From Yuukianura sp. NJ FZ-2021 (taxonomy: Eukaryota), in contig CM102283.1 in the NCBI GenBank assembly GCA_046563655.1, positions 5,084,001 through 5,148,000 on the forward strand: a stretch of DNA of 64,000 bases, written 5' to 3'. The notes beneath the pieces are model-generated. The model saw only the letters and a list, made by a program, of their open reading frames with translations. It had not been told where the DNA came from and did not search any database. Positions within the stretch are counted from its first letter, which is position 1; each line of letters begins with the position of its first letter. Position numbers and translations under genes: made by a program. Positions 7,501 through 22,500 of the stretch are shown here, one piece after another.

Positions 7501-10500
7501 TCAGTTCTCAGATAGCTCAGAATGACTTTTTGGGGAGTTTTCAATGAAAAAAATGGATTTTTTGACAAAATTGAGCTTGGTTCACTTCAGATGGGCTTTC
7601 AGAAGCAAAATTACGGAGTGCAATTTTCAGTTCTCAGATAGCTCAGAATGACTTTTTGGGGAGTTTTGAATGAAAAAAATGGATTTTTTGACAAAATTGA
7701 GCTTGGTTCACTTCAGATGGGCTTTCAGAAGCAAAATTACGGAGTGCAATTTTCAGTTCTCAGATAGCTCAGAATGACTTTTTGGGGAGTTTTGAATGAA
7801 AAAAATGAATTTTTTGACAAAAAGTGAGATTGGTTCACTTCAGATGGGCTTTCCGAGGCAAAATATCGGAGTGCAATTTTCAGTTCTCAGATAGCTCAGA
7901 ATGACTTTTTGGGGAGTTTTCAATGAAAAAAATGGATTTTTTGACAAAATTGAGCTTGGTTCACTTCAGATGGGCTTTCAGAAGCAAAATTACGGAGTGC
8001 AATTTTCAGTTCTCAGATAGCTCAGAATGACTTTTTGGGGAGTTTTGAATGAAAAAAATGAATTTTTTGACAAAATGTGAGATTGGTTCACTTCAGATGG
8101 GCATTCCGAGGCAAAATATGGGAGTGCAATTTTCAGTTCTCAGATAGCTCAGAATGACTTTTTGGGGAGTTTTCAATGAAAAAAATGGATTTTTTGACAA
8201 AATTGAGCTTGGTTCACTTCAGATGGGCTTTCAGAAGCAAAATTACGGAGTGCAATTTTCAGTTCTCAGATAGCTCAGAATGACTTTTTGGGGAGTTTTG
8301 AATGAAAAAAATGAATTTTTTGACAAAAAGTGAGATTGGTTCACTTCAGATGGGCTTTCCGAGGCAAAATATCGGAGTGCAATTTTCAGTTCTCAGATAG
8401 CTCAGAATGACTTTTTGGGGAGTTTTCAATGAAAAAAATGGATTTTTTGACAAAATTGAGCTTGGTTCACTTCAGATGGGCTTTCAGAAGCAAAATTACG
8501 GAGTGCAATTTTCAGTTCTCAGATAGCTCAGAATGACTTTTTGGGGAGTTTTCAATGAAAAAAATGGATTTTTTGACAAAATTGAGATTGGTTCACTTCA
8601 GATGGGCTTTCAGAAGCAAAATTACGGAGTGCAATTTTCAGTTCTCAGATAGCTCAGAATGACTTTTTGGGGAGTTTTGAATGAAAAAAATGAATTTTTT
8701 GACAAAATGTGAGATTGGTTCACTTCAGATGGGCTTTCCGAGGCAAAATATGGGAGTGCAATTTTCAGTTCTCAGATAGCTCAGAATGACTTTTTGGGGA
8801 GTTTTCAATGAAAAAAATGGATTTTTTGACAAAATTGAGCTTGGTTCACTTCAGATGGGCTTTCAGAAGCAAAATTACGGAGTGCAATTTTCAGTTCTCA
8901 GATAGCTCAGAATGACTTTTTGGGGAGTTTTGAATGAAAAAAATGAATTTTTTGACAAAAAGTGAGATTGGTTCACTTCAGATGGGCTTTCCGAGGCAAA
9001 ATATCGGAGTGCAATTTTCAGTTCTCAGATAGCTCAGAATGACTTTTTGGGGAGTTTTCAATGAAAAAAATGGATTTTTTGACAAAATTGAGCTTGGTTC
9101 ACTTCAGATGGGCTTTCAGAAGCAAAATTACGGAGTGCAATTTTCAGTTCTCAGATAGCTCAGAATGACTTTTTGGGGAGTTTTCAATGAAAAAAATGGA
9201 TTTTTTGACAAAATTGAGCTTGGTTCACTTCAGATGGGCTTTCAGAAGCAAAATTACGGAGTGCAATTTTCAGTTCTCAGATAGCTCAGAATGACTTTTT
9301 GGGGAGTTTTCAATAAAAAAAATGGATTTTTTGACAAAAAGTGAGATTGGTTCACTTCAGATGGGCATTCCGAGGCAAAATATCGGAGTGCAATTTTCAG
9401 TTCTCAGATAGCTCAGAATGACTTTTTGGGGAGTTTTCAATGAAAAAAATGGATTTTTTGACAAAAGTGAGATTGGTTCACTTCAGATGGGCTTTCCGAG
9501 GCAAAATTACGGAGTGCAATTTTCAGTTCTCAGATAGCTCAGAATGACTTTTTGGGGAGTTTTCAATGAAAAAAATGGATTTTTTGACAAAATTGAGCTT
9601 GGTTCACTTCAGATGGGCTTTCAGAAGCAAAATTACGGAGTGCAATTTTCAGTTCTCAGATAGCTCAGAATGACTTTTTGGGGAGTTTTCAATGAAAAAA
9701 ATGGATTTTTTGACAAAATTGAGCTTGGTTCACTTCAGATGGGCTTTCAGAAGCAAAATTACGGAGTGCAATTTTCAGTTCTCAGATAGCTCAGAATGAC
9801 TTTTTGGGGAGTTTTGAATGAAAAAAATGAATTTTTTGACAAAAAGTGAGATTGGTTCACTTCAGATGGGCTTTCCGAGGCAAAATATCGGAGTGCAATT
9901 TTCAGTTCTCAGATAGCTCAGAATGACTTTTTGGGGAGTTTTCAATGAAAAAAATGGATTTTTTGACAAAATTGAGCTTGGTTCACTTCAGATGGGCTTT
10001 CAGAAGCAAAATTACGGAGTGCAATTTTCAGTTCTCAGATAGCTCAGAATGACTTTTTGGGGAGTTTTCAATGAAAAAAATGGATTTTTTGACAAAATTG
10101 AGCTTGGTTCACTTCAGATGGGCTTTCCGAGGCAAAATATGGGAGTGCAATTTTCAGTTCTCAGATAGCTCAGAATGACTTTTTGGGGAGTTTTGAATGA
10201 AAAAAATGGATTTTTTGACAAAATTGAGATTGGTTCACTTCAGATGGGCTTTCCGAGGCAAAATATCGGAGTGCAATTTTCAGTTCTCAGATAGCTCAGA
10301 ATGACTTTTTGGGGAGTTTTCAATGAAAAAAATGGATTTTTTGACAAAATTGAGCTTGGTTCACTTCAGATGGGCTTTCAGAAGCAAAATTACGGAGTGC
10401 AATTTTCAGTTCTCAGATAGCTCAGAATGACTTTTTGGGGAGTTTTGAATGAAAAAAAATGAATTTTTTGACAAAATTGAGCTTGGTTCACTTCAGATGG

Positions 10501-13500
10501 GCTTTCAGAAGCAAAATTACGGAGTGCAATTTTCAGTTCTCAGATAGCTCAGAATGACTTTTTGGGGAGTTTTGAATGAAAAAAATGGATTTTTTGACAA
10601 AATTGAGCTTGGTTCACTTCAGATGGGCTTTCAGAAGCAAAATTACGGAGTGCAATTTTCAGTTCTCAGATAGCTCAGAATGACTTTTTGGGGAGTTTTG
10701 AATGAAAAAAATGAATTTTTTGACAAAATTGAGATTGGTTCACTTCAGATGGGCTTTCCGAGGCAAAATAGCGGAGTGCAATTTTCAGTTCTCAGATAGC
10801 TCAGAATGACTTTTTGGGGAGTTTTCAATGAAAAAAATGGATTTTTTGACAAAATTGAGCTTGGTTCACTTCAGATGGGCTTTCAGAAGCAAAATTACGG
10901 AGTGCAATTTTCAGTTCTCAGATAGCTCAGAATGACTTTTTGGGGAGTTTTCAATGAAAAAAATGGATTTTTTGACAAAATTGAGCTTGGTTCACTTCAG
11001 ATGGGCTTTCCGAGGCAAAATATGGGAGTGCAATTTTCAGTTCTCAGATAGCTCAGAATGACTTTTTGGGGAGTTTTGAATGAAAAAAATGAATTTTTTG
11101 ACAAAATGTGAGATTGGTTCACTTCAGATGGGCTTTCCGAGGCAAAATATCGGAGTGCAATTTTCAGTTCTCAGATAGCTCAGAATGACTTTTTGGGGAG
11201 TTTTGAATGAAAAAAATGGATTTTTTGACAAAATTGAGCTTGGTTCACTTCAGATGGGCTTTCAGAAGCAAAATTACGGAGTGCAATTTTCAGTTCTCAG
11301 ATAGCTCAGAATGACTTTTTGGGGAGTTTTGAATGAAAAAAATGAATTTTTTGACAAAAAGTGAGATTGGTTCACTTCAGATGGGCTTTCCGAGGCAAAA
11401 TATCGGAGTGCAATTTTCAGTTCTCAGATAGCTCAGAATGACTTTTTGGGGAGTTTTCAATGAAAAAAATGGATTTTTTGACAAAATTGAGCTTGGTTCA
11501 CTTCAGATGGGCTTTCAGAAGCAAAATTACGGAGTGCAATTTTCAGTTCTCAGATAGCTCAGAATGACTTTTTGGGGAGTTTTCAATGAAAAAAATGGAT
11601 TTTTTGACAAAATTGAGCTTGGTTCACTTCAGATGGGCTTTCAGAAGCAAAATATCGGAGTGCAATTTTCAGTTCTCAGATAGCTCAGAATGACTTTATG
11701 GGGAGTTTTCAATGAAAAAAATGGATTTTGTGACAAAAAGTGAGATAGGTTCACTTCAGATGGGCATTCCGAGGCAAAATATCGGAGTGCAATTTTCAGT
11801 TCTCAGATAGCTCAGAATGACTTTTTGGGGAGTTTTGAATGAAAAAAATGAATTTTTTGACAAAATGTGAGATTGGTTCACTTCAGATGGGCATTCCGAG
11901 GCAAAATATGGGAGTGCAATTTTCAGTTCTCAGATAGCTCAGAATGACTTTTTGGGGAGTTTTCAATGAAAAAAATGGATTTTTTGACAAAATTGAGCTT
12001 GGTTCACTTCAGATGGGCTTTCAGAAGCAAAATTACGGAGTGCAATTTTCAGTTCTCAGATAGCTCAGAATGACTTTTTGGGGAGTTTTGAATGAAAAAA
12101 ATGGATTTTTTGACAAAATTGAGCTTGGTTCACTTCAGATGGGCTTTCAGAAGCAAAATTACGGAGTGCAATTTTCAGTTCTCAGATAGCTCAGAATGAC
12201 TTTTTGGGGAGTTTTGAATGAAAAAAATGAATTTTTTGACAAAAAGTGAGATTGGTTCACTTCAGATGGGCTTTCCGAGGCAAAATATCGGAGTGCAATT
12301 TTCAGTTCTCAGATAGCTCAGAATGACTTTTTGGGGAGTTTTCAATGAAAAAAATGGATTTTTTGACAAAATTGAGCTTGGTTCACTTCAGATGGGCTTT
12401 CAGAAGCAAAATTACGGAGTGCAATTTTCAGTTCTCAGATAGCTCAGAATGACTTTTTGGGGAGTTTTGAATGAAAAAAATGGATTTTTTGACAAAATTG
12501 AGATTGGTTCACTTCAGATGGGCTTTCCGAGGCAAAATATCGGAGTGCAATTTTCAGTTCTCAGATAGCTCAGAATGACTTTTTGGGGAGTTTTGAATGA
12601 AAAAAATGAATTTTTTGACAAAATTGAGATTGGTTCACTTCAGATGGGCTTTCCGAGGCAAAATATCGGAGTGCAATTTTCAGTTCTCAGATAGCTCAGA
12701 ATGACTTTTTGGGGAGTTTTGAATGAAAAAAATGGATTTTTTGACAAAATTGAGCTTGGTTCACTTCAGATGGGCTTTCAGAAGCAAAATTACGGAGTGC
12801 AATTTTCAGTTCTCAGATAGCTCAGAATGACTTTTTGGGGAGTTTTGAATGAAAAAAATGGATTTTTTGACAAAATTGAGCTTGGTTCACTTCAGATGGG
12901 CTTTCAGAAGCAAAATTACGGAGTGCAATTTTCAGTTCTCAGATAGCTCAGAATGACTTTTTGGGGAGTTTTGAATGAAAAAAATGAATTTTTTGACAAA
13001 AAGTGAGATTGGTTCACTTCAGATGGGCTTTCCGAGGCAAAATATCGGAGTGCAATTTTCAGTTCTCAGATAGCTCAGAATGACTTTTTGGGGAGTTTTG
13101 AATGAAAAAAATGAATTTTTTGACAAAAGTGAGATTGGTTCACTTCAGATGGGCTTTCCGAGGCAAAATTACGGAGTGCAATTTTCAGTTCTCAGATAGC
13201 TCAGAATGACTTTTTGGGGAGTTTTCAATGAAAAAAATGGATTTTTTGACAAAATTGAGCTTGGTTCACTTCAGATGGGCTTTCAGAAGCAAAATTACGG
13301 AGTGCAATTTTCAGTTCTCAGATAGCTCAGAATGACTTTTTGGGGAGTTTTGAATGAAAAAAATGGATTTTTTGACAAAATTGAGCTTGGTTCACTTCAG
13401 ATGTGCTTTCCGAGGCAAAATATCGGAGTGCAATTTTCAGTTCTCAGATAGCTCAGAATGACTTTTTGGGGAGTTTTGAATGAAAAAAATGAATTTTTTG

Positions 13501-16500
13501 ACAAAAAGTGAGATTGGTTCACTTCAGATGGGCTTTCCGAGGCAAAATATCGGAGTGCAATTTTCAGTTCTCAGATAGCTCAGAATGACTTTTTGGGGAG
13601 TTTTGAATGAAAAAAATGAATTTTTTGACAAAATTGAGATTGGTTGACTTCAGATGGGCTTTCAGAAGCAAAATATCGGAGTGCAATTTTCAGTTCTCAG
13701 ATAGCTCAGAATGACTTTTTGGGGAGTTTTCAATGAAAAAAATGGATTTTTTGACAAAATTGAGCTTGGTTCACTTCAGATGGGCTTTCAGAAGCAAAAT
13801 ATCGGAGTGCAATTTTCAGTTCTCAGATAGCTCAGAATGACTTTTTGGGGAGTTTTCAATGAAAAAAATGGATTTTTTGACAAAAAGTGAGATTGGTTCA
13901 CTTCAGATGGGCTTTCCGAGGCAAAATATCGGAGTGCAATTTTCAGTTCTCAGATAGCTCAGAATGACTTTTTGGGGAGTTTTGAATGAAAAAAATGAAT
14001 TTTTTGACAAAATTGAGCTTGGTTCACTTCAGATGGGCATTCCGAGGCAAAATATCGGAGTGCAATTTTCAGTTCTCAGATAGCTCAGAATGACTTTTTG
14101 GGGAGTTTTCAATGAAAAAAATGGATTTTTTGACAAAATTGAGCTTGGTTCACTTCAGATGGGCTTTCAGAAGCAAAATTACGGAGTGCAATTTTCAGTT
14201 CTCAGATAGCTCAGAATGACTTTTTGGGGAGTTTTGAATGAAAAAAATGAATTTTTTGACAAAATTGAGATAGGTTCACTTCAGATGGGCATTCCGAGGC
14301 AAAATATCGGAGTGCAATTTTCAGTTCTCAGATAGCTCAGAATGACTTTTTGGGGAGTTTTCAATGAAAAAAATGGATTTTTTGACAAAATTGAGCTTGG
14401 TTCACTTCAGATGGGCTTTCAGAAGCAAAATTACGGAGTGCAATTTTCAGTTCTCAGATAGCTCAGAATGACTTTTTGGGGAGTTTTGAATGAAAAAAAT
14501 GAATTTTTTGACAAAAGTGAAATTGGTTCACTTCAGATGGGCTTTCCGAGGCAAAATATCGGAGTGCAATTTTCAGTTCTCAGATAGCTCAGAATGACTT
14601 TTTGGGGAGTTTTCAATGAAAAAAATGGATTTTTTGACAAAATTGAGATTGGTTCACTTCAGATGGGCTTTCCGAGGCAAAATATCGGAGTGCAATTTTC
14701 AGTTCTCAGATAGCTCAGAATGACTTTTTGGGGAGTTTTGAATGAAAAAAATGAATTTTTTGACAAAAAGTGAGATTGGTTCACTTCAGATGGGCATTCC
14801 GAGGCAAAATATCGGAGTGCAATTTTCAGTTCTCAGATAGCTCAGAATGACTTTTTGGGGAGTTTTCAATGAAAAAAATGGATTTTTTGACAAAATTGAG
14901 CTTGGTTCACTTCAGATGGGCTTTCAGAAGCAAAATTACGGAGTGCAATTTTCAGTTCTCAGATAGCTCAGAATGACTTTTTGGGGAGTTTTGAATGAAA
15001 AAAATGGATTTTTTGACAAAATTGAGCTTGGTTCACTTCAGATGGGCTTTCAGAAGCAAAATTACGGAGTGCAATTTTCAGTTCTCAGATAGCTCAGAAT
15101 GACTTTTTGGGGAGTTTTGAATGAAAAAAATGAATTTTTTGACAAAAAGTGAGATTGGTTCACTTCAGATGGGCTTTCCGAGGCAAAATATCGGAGTGCA
15201 ATTTTCAGTTCTCAGATAGCTCAGAATGACTTTTTGGGGAGTTTTCAATGAAAAAAATGGATTTTTTGACAAAATTGAGCTTGGTTCACTTCAGATGGGC
15301 TTTCAGAAGCAAAATTACGGAGTGCAATTTTCAGTTCTCAGATAGCTCAGAATGACTTTTTGGGGAGTTTTGAATGAAAAAAATGAATTTTTTGACAAAA
15401 TTGAGATTGGTTCACTTCAGATGGGCTTTCCGAGGCAAAATATCGGAGTGCAATTTTCAGTTCTCAGATAGCTCAGAATGACTTTTTGGGGAGTTTTCAA
15501 TGAAAAAAATGGATTTTTTGACAAAATTGAGCTTGGTTCACTTCAGATGGGCTTTCAGAAGCAAAATTACGGAGTGCAATTTTCAGTTCTCAGATAGCTC
15601 AGAATGACTTTTTGGGGAGTTTTGAATGAAAAAAATGAATTTTTTGACAAAAAGTGAGATTGGTTCACTTCAGATGGGCTTTCCGAGGCAAAATATCGGA
15701 GTGCAATTTTCAGTTCTCAGATAGCTCAGAATGACTTTTTGGGGAGTTTTCAATGAAAAAAATGGATTTTTTGACAAAATTGAGCTTGGTTCACTTCAGA
15801 TGGGCTTTCAGAAGCAAAATTACGGAGTGCAATTTTCAGTTCTCAGATAGCTCAGAATGACTTTTTGGGGAGTTTTCAATGAAAAAAATGGATTTTTTGA
15901 CAAAATTGAGCTTGGTTCACTTCAGATGGGCTTTCAGAAGCAAAATATCGGAGTGCAATTTTCAGTTCTCAGATAGCTCAGAATGACTTTTTGGGGAGTT
16001 TTGAATGAAAAAAATGAATTTTTTGACAAAAAGTGAGATTGGTTCACTTCAGATGGGCTTTCCGAGGCAAAATATCGGAGTGCAATTTTCAGTTCTCAGA
16101 TAGCTCAGAATGACTTTTTGGGGAGTTTTGAATGAAAAAAATGATTTTTTGGACAAAAATTGAGATCGGTTGACTTCAGATGGGCTTTCAGAAGCAAAAT
16201 ATCGGAGTGCAATTTTCAGTTCTCAGATAGCTCAGAATGACTTTATGGGGAGTTTTCAATGAAAAAAATGGATTTTTTGACAAAAGTGAGATTGGTTCAC
16301 TTCAGATGGGCTTTCCGAGGCAAAATTACGGAGTGCAATTTTCAGTTCTCAGATAGCTCAGAATGACATTTTGGGGAGTTTTGAATGAAAAAAATGGATT
16401 TTTTGACAAAATTGAGCTTGGTTCACTTCAGATGGGCTTTCAGAAGCAAAATTACGGAGTGCAATTTTCAGTTCTCAGATAGCTCAGAATGACTTTTTGG

Positions 16501-19500
16501 GGAGTTTTGAATGAAAAAAATGAATTTTTTGACAAAAAGTGAGATTGGTTCACTTCAGATGGGCTTTCCGAGGCAAAATATCGGAGTGCAATTTTCAGTT
16601 CTCAGATAGCTCAGAATGACTTTTTGGGGAGTTTTCAATGAAAAAAATGGATTTTTTGACAAAATTGAGCTTGGTTCACTTCAGATGGGCTTTCAGAAGC
16701 AAAATTACGGAGTGCAATTTTCAGTTCTCAGATAGCTCAGAATGACTTTTTGGGGAGTTTTGAATGAAAAAAATGGATTTTTTGACAAAATTGAGCTTGG
16801 TTCACTTCAGATGGGCTTTCAGAAGCAAAATTACGGAGTGCAATTTTCAGTTCTCAGATAGCTCAGAATGACTTTTTGGGGAGTTTTGAATGAAAAAAAT
16901 GAATTTTTTGACAAAAAGTGAGATTGGTTCACTTCAGATGGGCTTTCCGAGGCAAAATATCGGAGTGCAATTTTCAGTTCTCAGATAGCTCAGAATGACT
17001 TTTTGGGGAGTTTTGAATGAAAAAAATGGATTTTTTGACAAAATTGAGATTGGTTGACTTCAGATGGGCTTTCAGAAGCAAAATATCGGAGTGCAATTTT
17101 CAGTTCTCAGATAGCTCAGAATGACTTTTTGGGGAGTTTTCAATGAAAAAAATGGATTTTTTGACAAAATTGAGCTTGGTTCACTTCAGATGGGCTTTCA
17201 GAAGCAAAATTACGGAGTGCAATTTTCAGTTCTCAGATAGCTCAGAATGACTTTTTGGGGAGTTTTGAATGAAAAAAATGAATTTTTTGACAAAAAGTGA
17301 GATTGGTTCACTTCAGATGGGCTTTCCGAGGCAAAATATCGGAGTGCAATTTTCAGTTCTCAGATAGCTCAGAATGACTTTTTGGGGAGTTTTGAATGAA
17401 AAAAATGAATTTTTTGACAAAATTGAGATTGGTTGACTTCAGATGGGCTTTCAGAAGCAAAATATCGGAGTGCAATTTTCAGTTCTCAGATAGCTCAGAA
17501 TGACTTTTTGGGGAGTTTTCAATGAAAAAAATGGATTTTTTGACAAAATTGAGCTTGGTTCACTTCAGATGGGCTTTCAGAAGCAAAATATCGGAGTGCA
17601 ATTTTCAGTTCTCAGATAGCTCAGAATGACTTTTTGGGGAGTTTTGAATGAAAAAAATGAATTTTTTGACAAAATTGAGCTTGGTTCACTTCAGATGGGC
17701 TTTCAGAAGCAAAATATCGGAGTGCAATTTTCAGTTCTCAGATAGCTCAGAATGACTTTTTGGGGAGTTTTGAATGAAAAAAATGAATTTTTTGACAAAA
17801 TTGAGCTTGGTTCACTTCAGATGGGCTTTCAGAAGCAAAATATCGGAGTGCAATTTTCAGTTCTCAGATAGCTCAGAATGACTTTTTGGAAAGTTTTCAA
17901 TAAAAAAAATGGATTTTTTGACAAAATTGAGCTTGGTTCACTTCAGATGGGCTTTCCGAGGCAAAATATCGGAGTGCAATTTTCAGTTCTCAGATAGCTC
18001 AGAATGACTTTTTGGGGAGTTTTCAATGAACAAAATTGATTTTTTGGACAAAATTGAGATTGGTTGACTTCAGATGGGCTTTCAGAAGCAAAATATCGGA
18101 GTGCAATTTTCAGTTCTCAGATAGCTCAGAATGACTTTTTGGGGAGTTTTCAATGAAAAAAATGGATTTTTTGACAAAATTGAGCTTGGTTCACTTCAGA
18201 TGGGCTTTCAGAAGCAAAATTACGGAGTGCAATTTTCAGTTCTCAGATAGCTCAGAATGACTTTTTGGGGAGTTTTGAATGAAAAAAATGAATTTTTTGA
18301 CAAAAAGTGAGATTGGTTCACTTCAGATGGGCTTTCCGAGGCAAAATATCGGAGTGCAATTTTCAGTTCTCAGATAGCTCAGAATGACTTTTTGGGGAGT
18401 TTTGAATGAAAAAAATGGATTTTTTGACAAAATTGAGCTTGGTTCACTTCAGATGGGCTTTCAGAAGCAAAATATCGGAGTGCAATTTTCAGTTCTCAGA
18501 TAGCTCAGAATGACTTTTTGGGGAGTTTTGAATGAAAAAAATGGATTTTTTGACAAAATTGAGCTTGGTTCACTTCAGATGGGCTTTCAGAAGCAAAATT
18601 ACGGAGTGCAATTTTCAGTTCTCAGATAGCTCAGAATGACTTTTTGGGGAGTTTTGAATGAAAAAAATGGATTTTTTGACAAAATTGAGCTTGGTTCACT
18701 TCAGATGGGCTTTCAGAAGCAAAATATCGGAGTGCAATTTTCAGTTCTCAGATAGCTCAGAATGACTTTTTGGGGAGTTTTGAATGAAAAAAATGAATTT
18801 TTTGACAAAAAGTGAGATTGGTTCACTTCAGATGGGCTTTCCGAGGCAAAATATCGGAGTGCAATTTTCAGTTCTCAGATAGCTCAGAATGACTTTTTGG
18901 GGAGTTTTGAATGAAAAAAATGGATTTTTTGACAAAATTGAGCTTGGTTCACTTCAGATGGGCTTTCAGAAGCAAAATATCGGAGTGCAATTTTCAGTTC
19001 TCAGATAGCTCAGAATGACTTTTGGGGAGTTTTGAATGAAAAAAATGAATTTTTTGACAAAATTGAGCTTGGTTCACTTCAGATGGGCTTTCCGAGGCAA
19101 AATATCGGAGTGCAATTTTCAGTTCTCAGATAGCTCAGAATGACTTTTTGGGGAGTTTTCAATGAAAAAAATGGATTTTTTGACAAAATTGAGCTTGGTT
19201 CACTTCAGATGGGCTTTCAGAAGCAAAATTACGGAGTGCAATTTTCAGTTCTCAGATAGCTCAGAATGACTTTTTGGGGAGTTTTGAATGAAAAAAATGA
19301 ATTTTTTGACAAAAATTGAGATTGGTTCACTTCAGATGGGCTTTCCGAGGCAAAATATCGGAGTGCAATTTTCAGTTCTCAGATAGCTCAGAATGACTTT
19401 TTGGGGAGTTTTGAATGAAAAAAATGAATTTTTTGACAAAATTGAGCTTGGTTCACTTCAGATGGGCATTCCGAGTCAAAATATCGGAGTGCAATTTTCA

Positions 19501-22500
19501 GTTCTCAGATAGCTCAGAATGACTTTTTGGGGAGTTTTCAATGAAAAAAATGGATTTTTTGACAAAATTGAGCTTGGTTCACTTCAGATGGGCTTTCAGA
19601 AGCAAAATATCGGAGTGCAATTTTCAGTTCTCAGATAGCTCAGAATGACTTTTTGGGGAGTTTTGAGTGAAAAAAAATGGATTTTTTGACAAAATTGAGC
19701 TTGGTTCACTTCAGATGTGCTTTCCGAGGCAAAATATCGGAGTGCAATTTTTAGTTCTCAGATAGCTCAGAATGACTTTTTGGGGAGTTTTGAATGAAAA
19801 AAATGAATTTTTTGACAAAAAGTGAGATTGGTTCACTTCAGATGGGCTTTCCGAGGCAAAATATCGGAGTGCAATTTTCAGTTCTCAGATAGCTCAGAAT
19901 GACTTTTTGGGGAGTTTTCAATGAAAAAAATGGATTTTTTGACAAAATTGAGCTTGGTTCACTTCAGATGGGCTTTCAGAAGCAAAATTACGGAGTGCAA
20001 TTTTCAGTTCTCAGATAGCTCAGAATGACTTTTTGGGGAGTTTTGAATGAAAAAAATGAATTTTTTGACAAAAAGTGAGATTGGTTCACTTCAGATGGGC
20101 TTTCCGAGGCAAAATATCGGAGTGCAATTTTCAGTTCTCAGATAGCTCAGAATGACTTTTTGGGGAGTTTTCAATGAAAAAAATGGATTTTTTGACAAAA
20201 TTGAGCTTGGTTCACTTCAGATGGGCTTTCAGAAGCAAAATTACGGAGTGCAATTTTCAGTTCTCAGATAGCTCAGAATGACTTTTTGGGGAGTTTTGAA
20301 TGAAAAAAATGAATTTTTTGACAAAATTGAGCTTGGTTCACTTCAGATGGGTTTTCCGAGGCAAAATATCGGAGTGCAATTTTCAGTTCTCAGATAGCTC
20401 AGAATGACTTTTTGGGGAGTTTTCAATGAAAAAATGGATTTTTTGACAAAAATTGAGATTGGTTCACTTCAGATTGGCTTTCAGAGGCAAAATATCGGAG
20501 TGCAATTTTCAGTTCTCAGATAGCTCAGAATGACTTTTTGGGGAGTTTTCAATGAAAAAAATGGATTTTTTGACAAAATTGAGCTTGGTTCACTTCAGAT
20601 GGGCTTTCAGAAGCAAAATTACGGAGTGCAATTTTCAGTTCTCAGATAGCTCAGAATGACTTTTTGGGGAGTTTTGAATGAAAAAAATGAATTTTTTGAC
20701 AAAAATTGAGATTGGTTCACTTCAGATGGGCTTTCCGAGGCAAAATATCGGAGTGCAATTTTCAGTTCTCAGATAGCTCAGAATGACTTTTTGGGGAGTT
20801 TTCAATGAAAAAAATGGATTTTTTGACAAAATTGAGCTTGGTTCACTTCAGATGGGCTTTCAGAAGCAAAATTACGGAGTGCAATTTTCAGTTCTCAGAT
20901 AGCTCAGAATGACTTTTTGGGGAGTTTTGAATGAAAAAAATGAATTTTTTGACAAAAATTGAGATTGGTTCACTTCAGATGGGCTTTCCGAGGCAAAATA
21001 TCGGAGTGCAATTTTCAGTTCTCAGATAGCTCAGAATGACTTTTTGGGGAGTTTTCAATGAAAAAAATGGATTTTTTGACAAAATTGAGCTTGGTTCACT
21101 TCAGATGGGCTTTCAGAAGCAAAATATCGGAGTGCAATTTTCAGTTCTCAGATAGCTCAGAATGACTTTTTGGGGAGTTTTGAATGAAAAAAATGAATTT
21201 TTTGACAAAAAGTGAGATTGGTTCACTTCAGATGGGCTTTCCGAGGCAAAATATCGGAGTGCAATTTTCAGTTCTCAGATAGCTCAGAATGACTTTTTGG
21301 GGAGTTTTGAATGAAAAAAATGAATTTTTTGACAAAATTGAGATTGGTTCACTTCAGATGGGCATTCCGAGGCAAAATATCGGAGTGCAATTTTCAGTTC
21401 TCAGATAGCTCAGAATGACTTTTTGGGGAGTTTTCAATGAAAAAAATGGATTTTTTGACAAAATTGAGCTTGGTTCACTTCAGATGGGCTTTCAGAAGCA
21501 AAATTACGGAGTGCAATTTTCAGTTCTCAGATAGCTCAGAATGACTTTTTGGGGAGTTTTGAATGAAAAAAATGGATTTTTTGACAAAATTGAGCTTGGT
21601 TCACTTCAGATGGGCTTTCAGAAGCAAAATTACGGAGTGCAATTTTCAGTTCTCAGATAGCTCAGAATGACTTTTTGGGGAGTTTTGAATGAAAAAAATG
21701 GATTTTTTGACAAAATTGAGATTGGTTCACTTCAGATGGGCTTTCAGAGGCAAAATATCGGAGTGCAATTTTCAGTTCTCAGATAGCTCAGAATGACTTT
21801 TTGGGGAGTTTTGAATGAAAAAAATGGATTTTTTGACAAAATTGAGCTTGGTTCACTTCAGATGGGCTTTCAGAAGCAAAATTACGGAGTGCAATTTTCA
21901 GTTCTCAGATAGCTCAGAATGACTTTTTGGGGAGTTTTGAATGAAAAAAATGAATTTTTTGACAAAAAGTGAGATTGGTTCACTTCAGATGGGCTTTCCG
22001 AGGCAAAATATCGGAGTGCAATTTTCAGTTCTCAGATAGCTCAGAATGACTTTTTGGGGAGTTTTGAATGAAAAAAATGAATTTTTTGACAAAAAGTGAG
22101 ATTGGTTCACTTCAGATGGGCTTTCCGAGGCAAAATATCGGAGTGCAATTTTCAGTTCTCAGATAGCTCAGAATGACTTTTTGGGGAGTTTTCAATGAAA
22201 AAAATGGATTTTTTGACAAAATTGAGCTTGGTTCACTTCAGATGGGCTTTCAGAAGCAAAATATCGGAGTGCAATTTTCAGTTCTCAGATAGCTCAGAAT
22301 GACTTTTTGGGGAGTTTTGAATGAAAAAAATGAATTTTTTGACAAAATTGAGCTTGGTTTACTTCAGATGGGCTTTCCGAGGCAAAATATCGGAGTGCAA
22401 TTTTCAGTTCTCAGATAGCTCAGAATGACTTTTTGGGGAGTTTTGAATGAAAAAAATGAATTTTTTGACAAAATTGAGATTGGTTCACTTCAGATGGGCT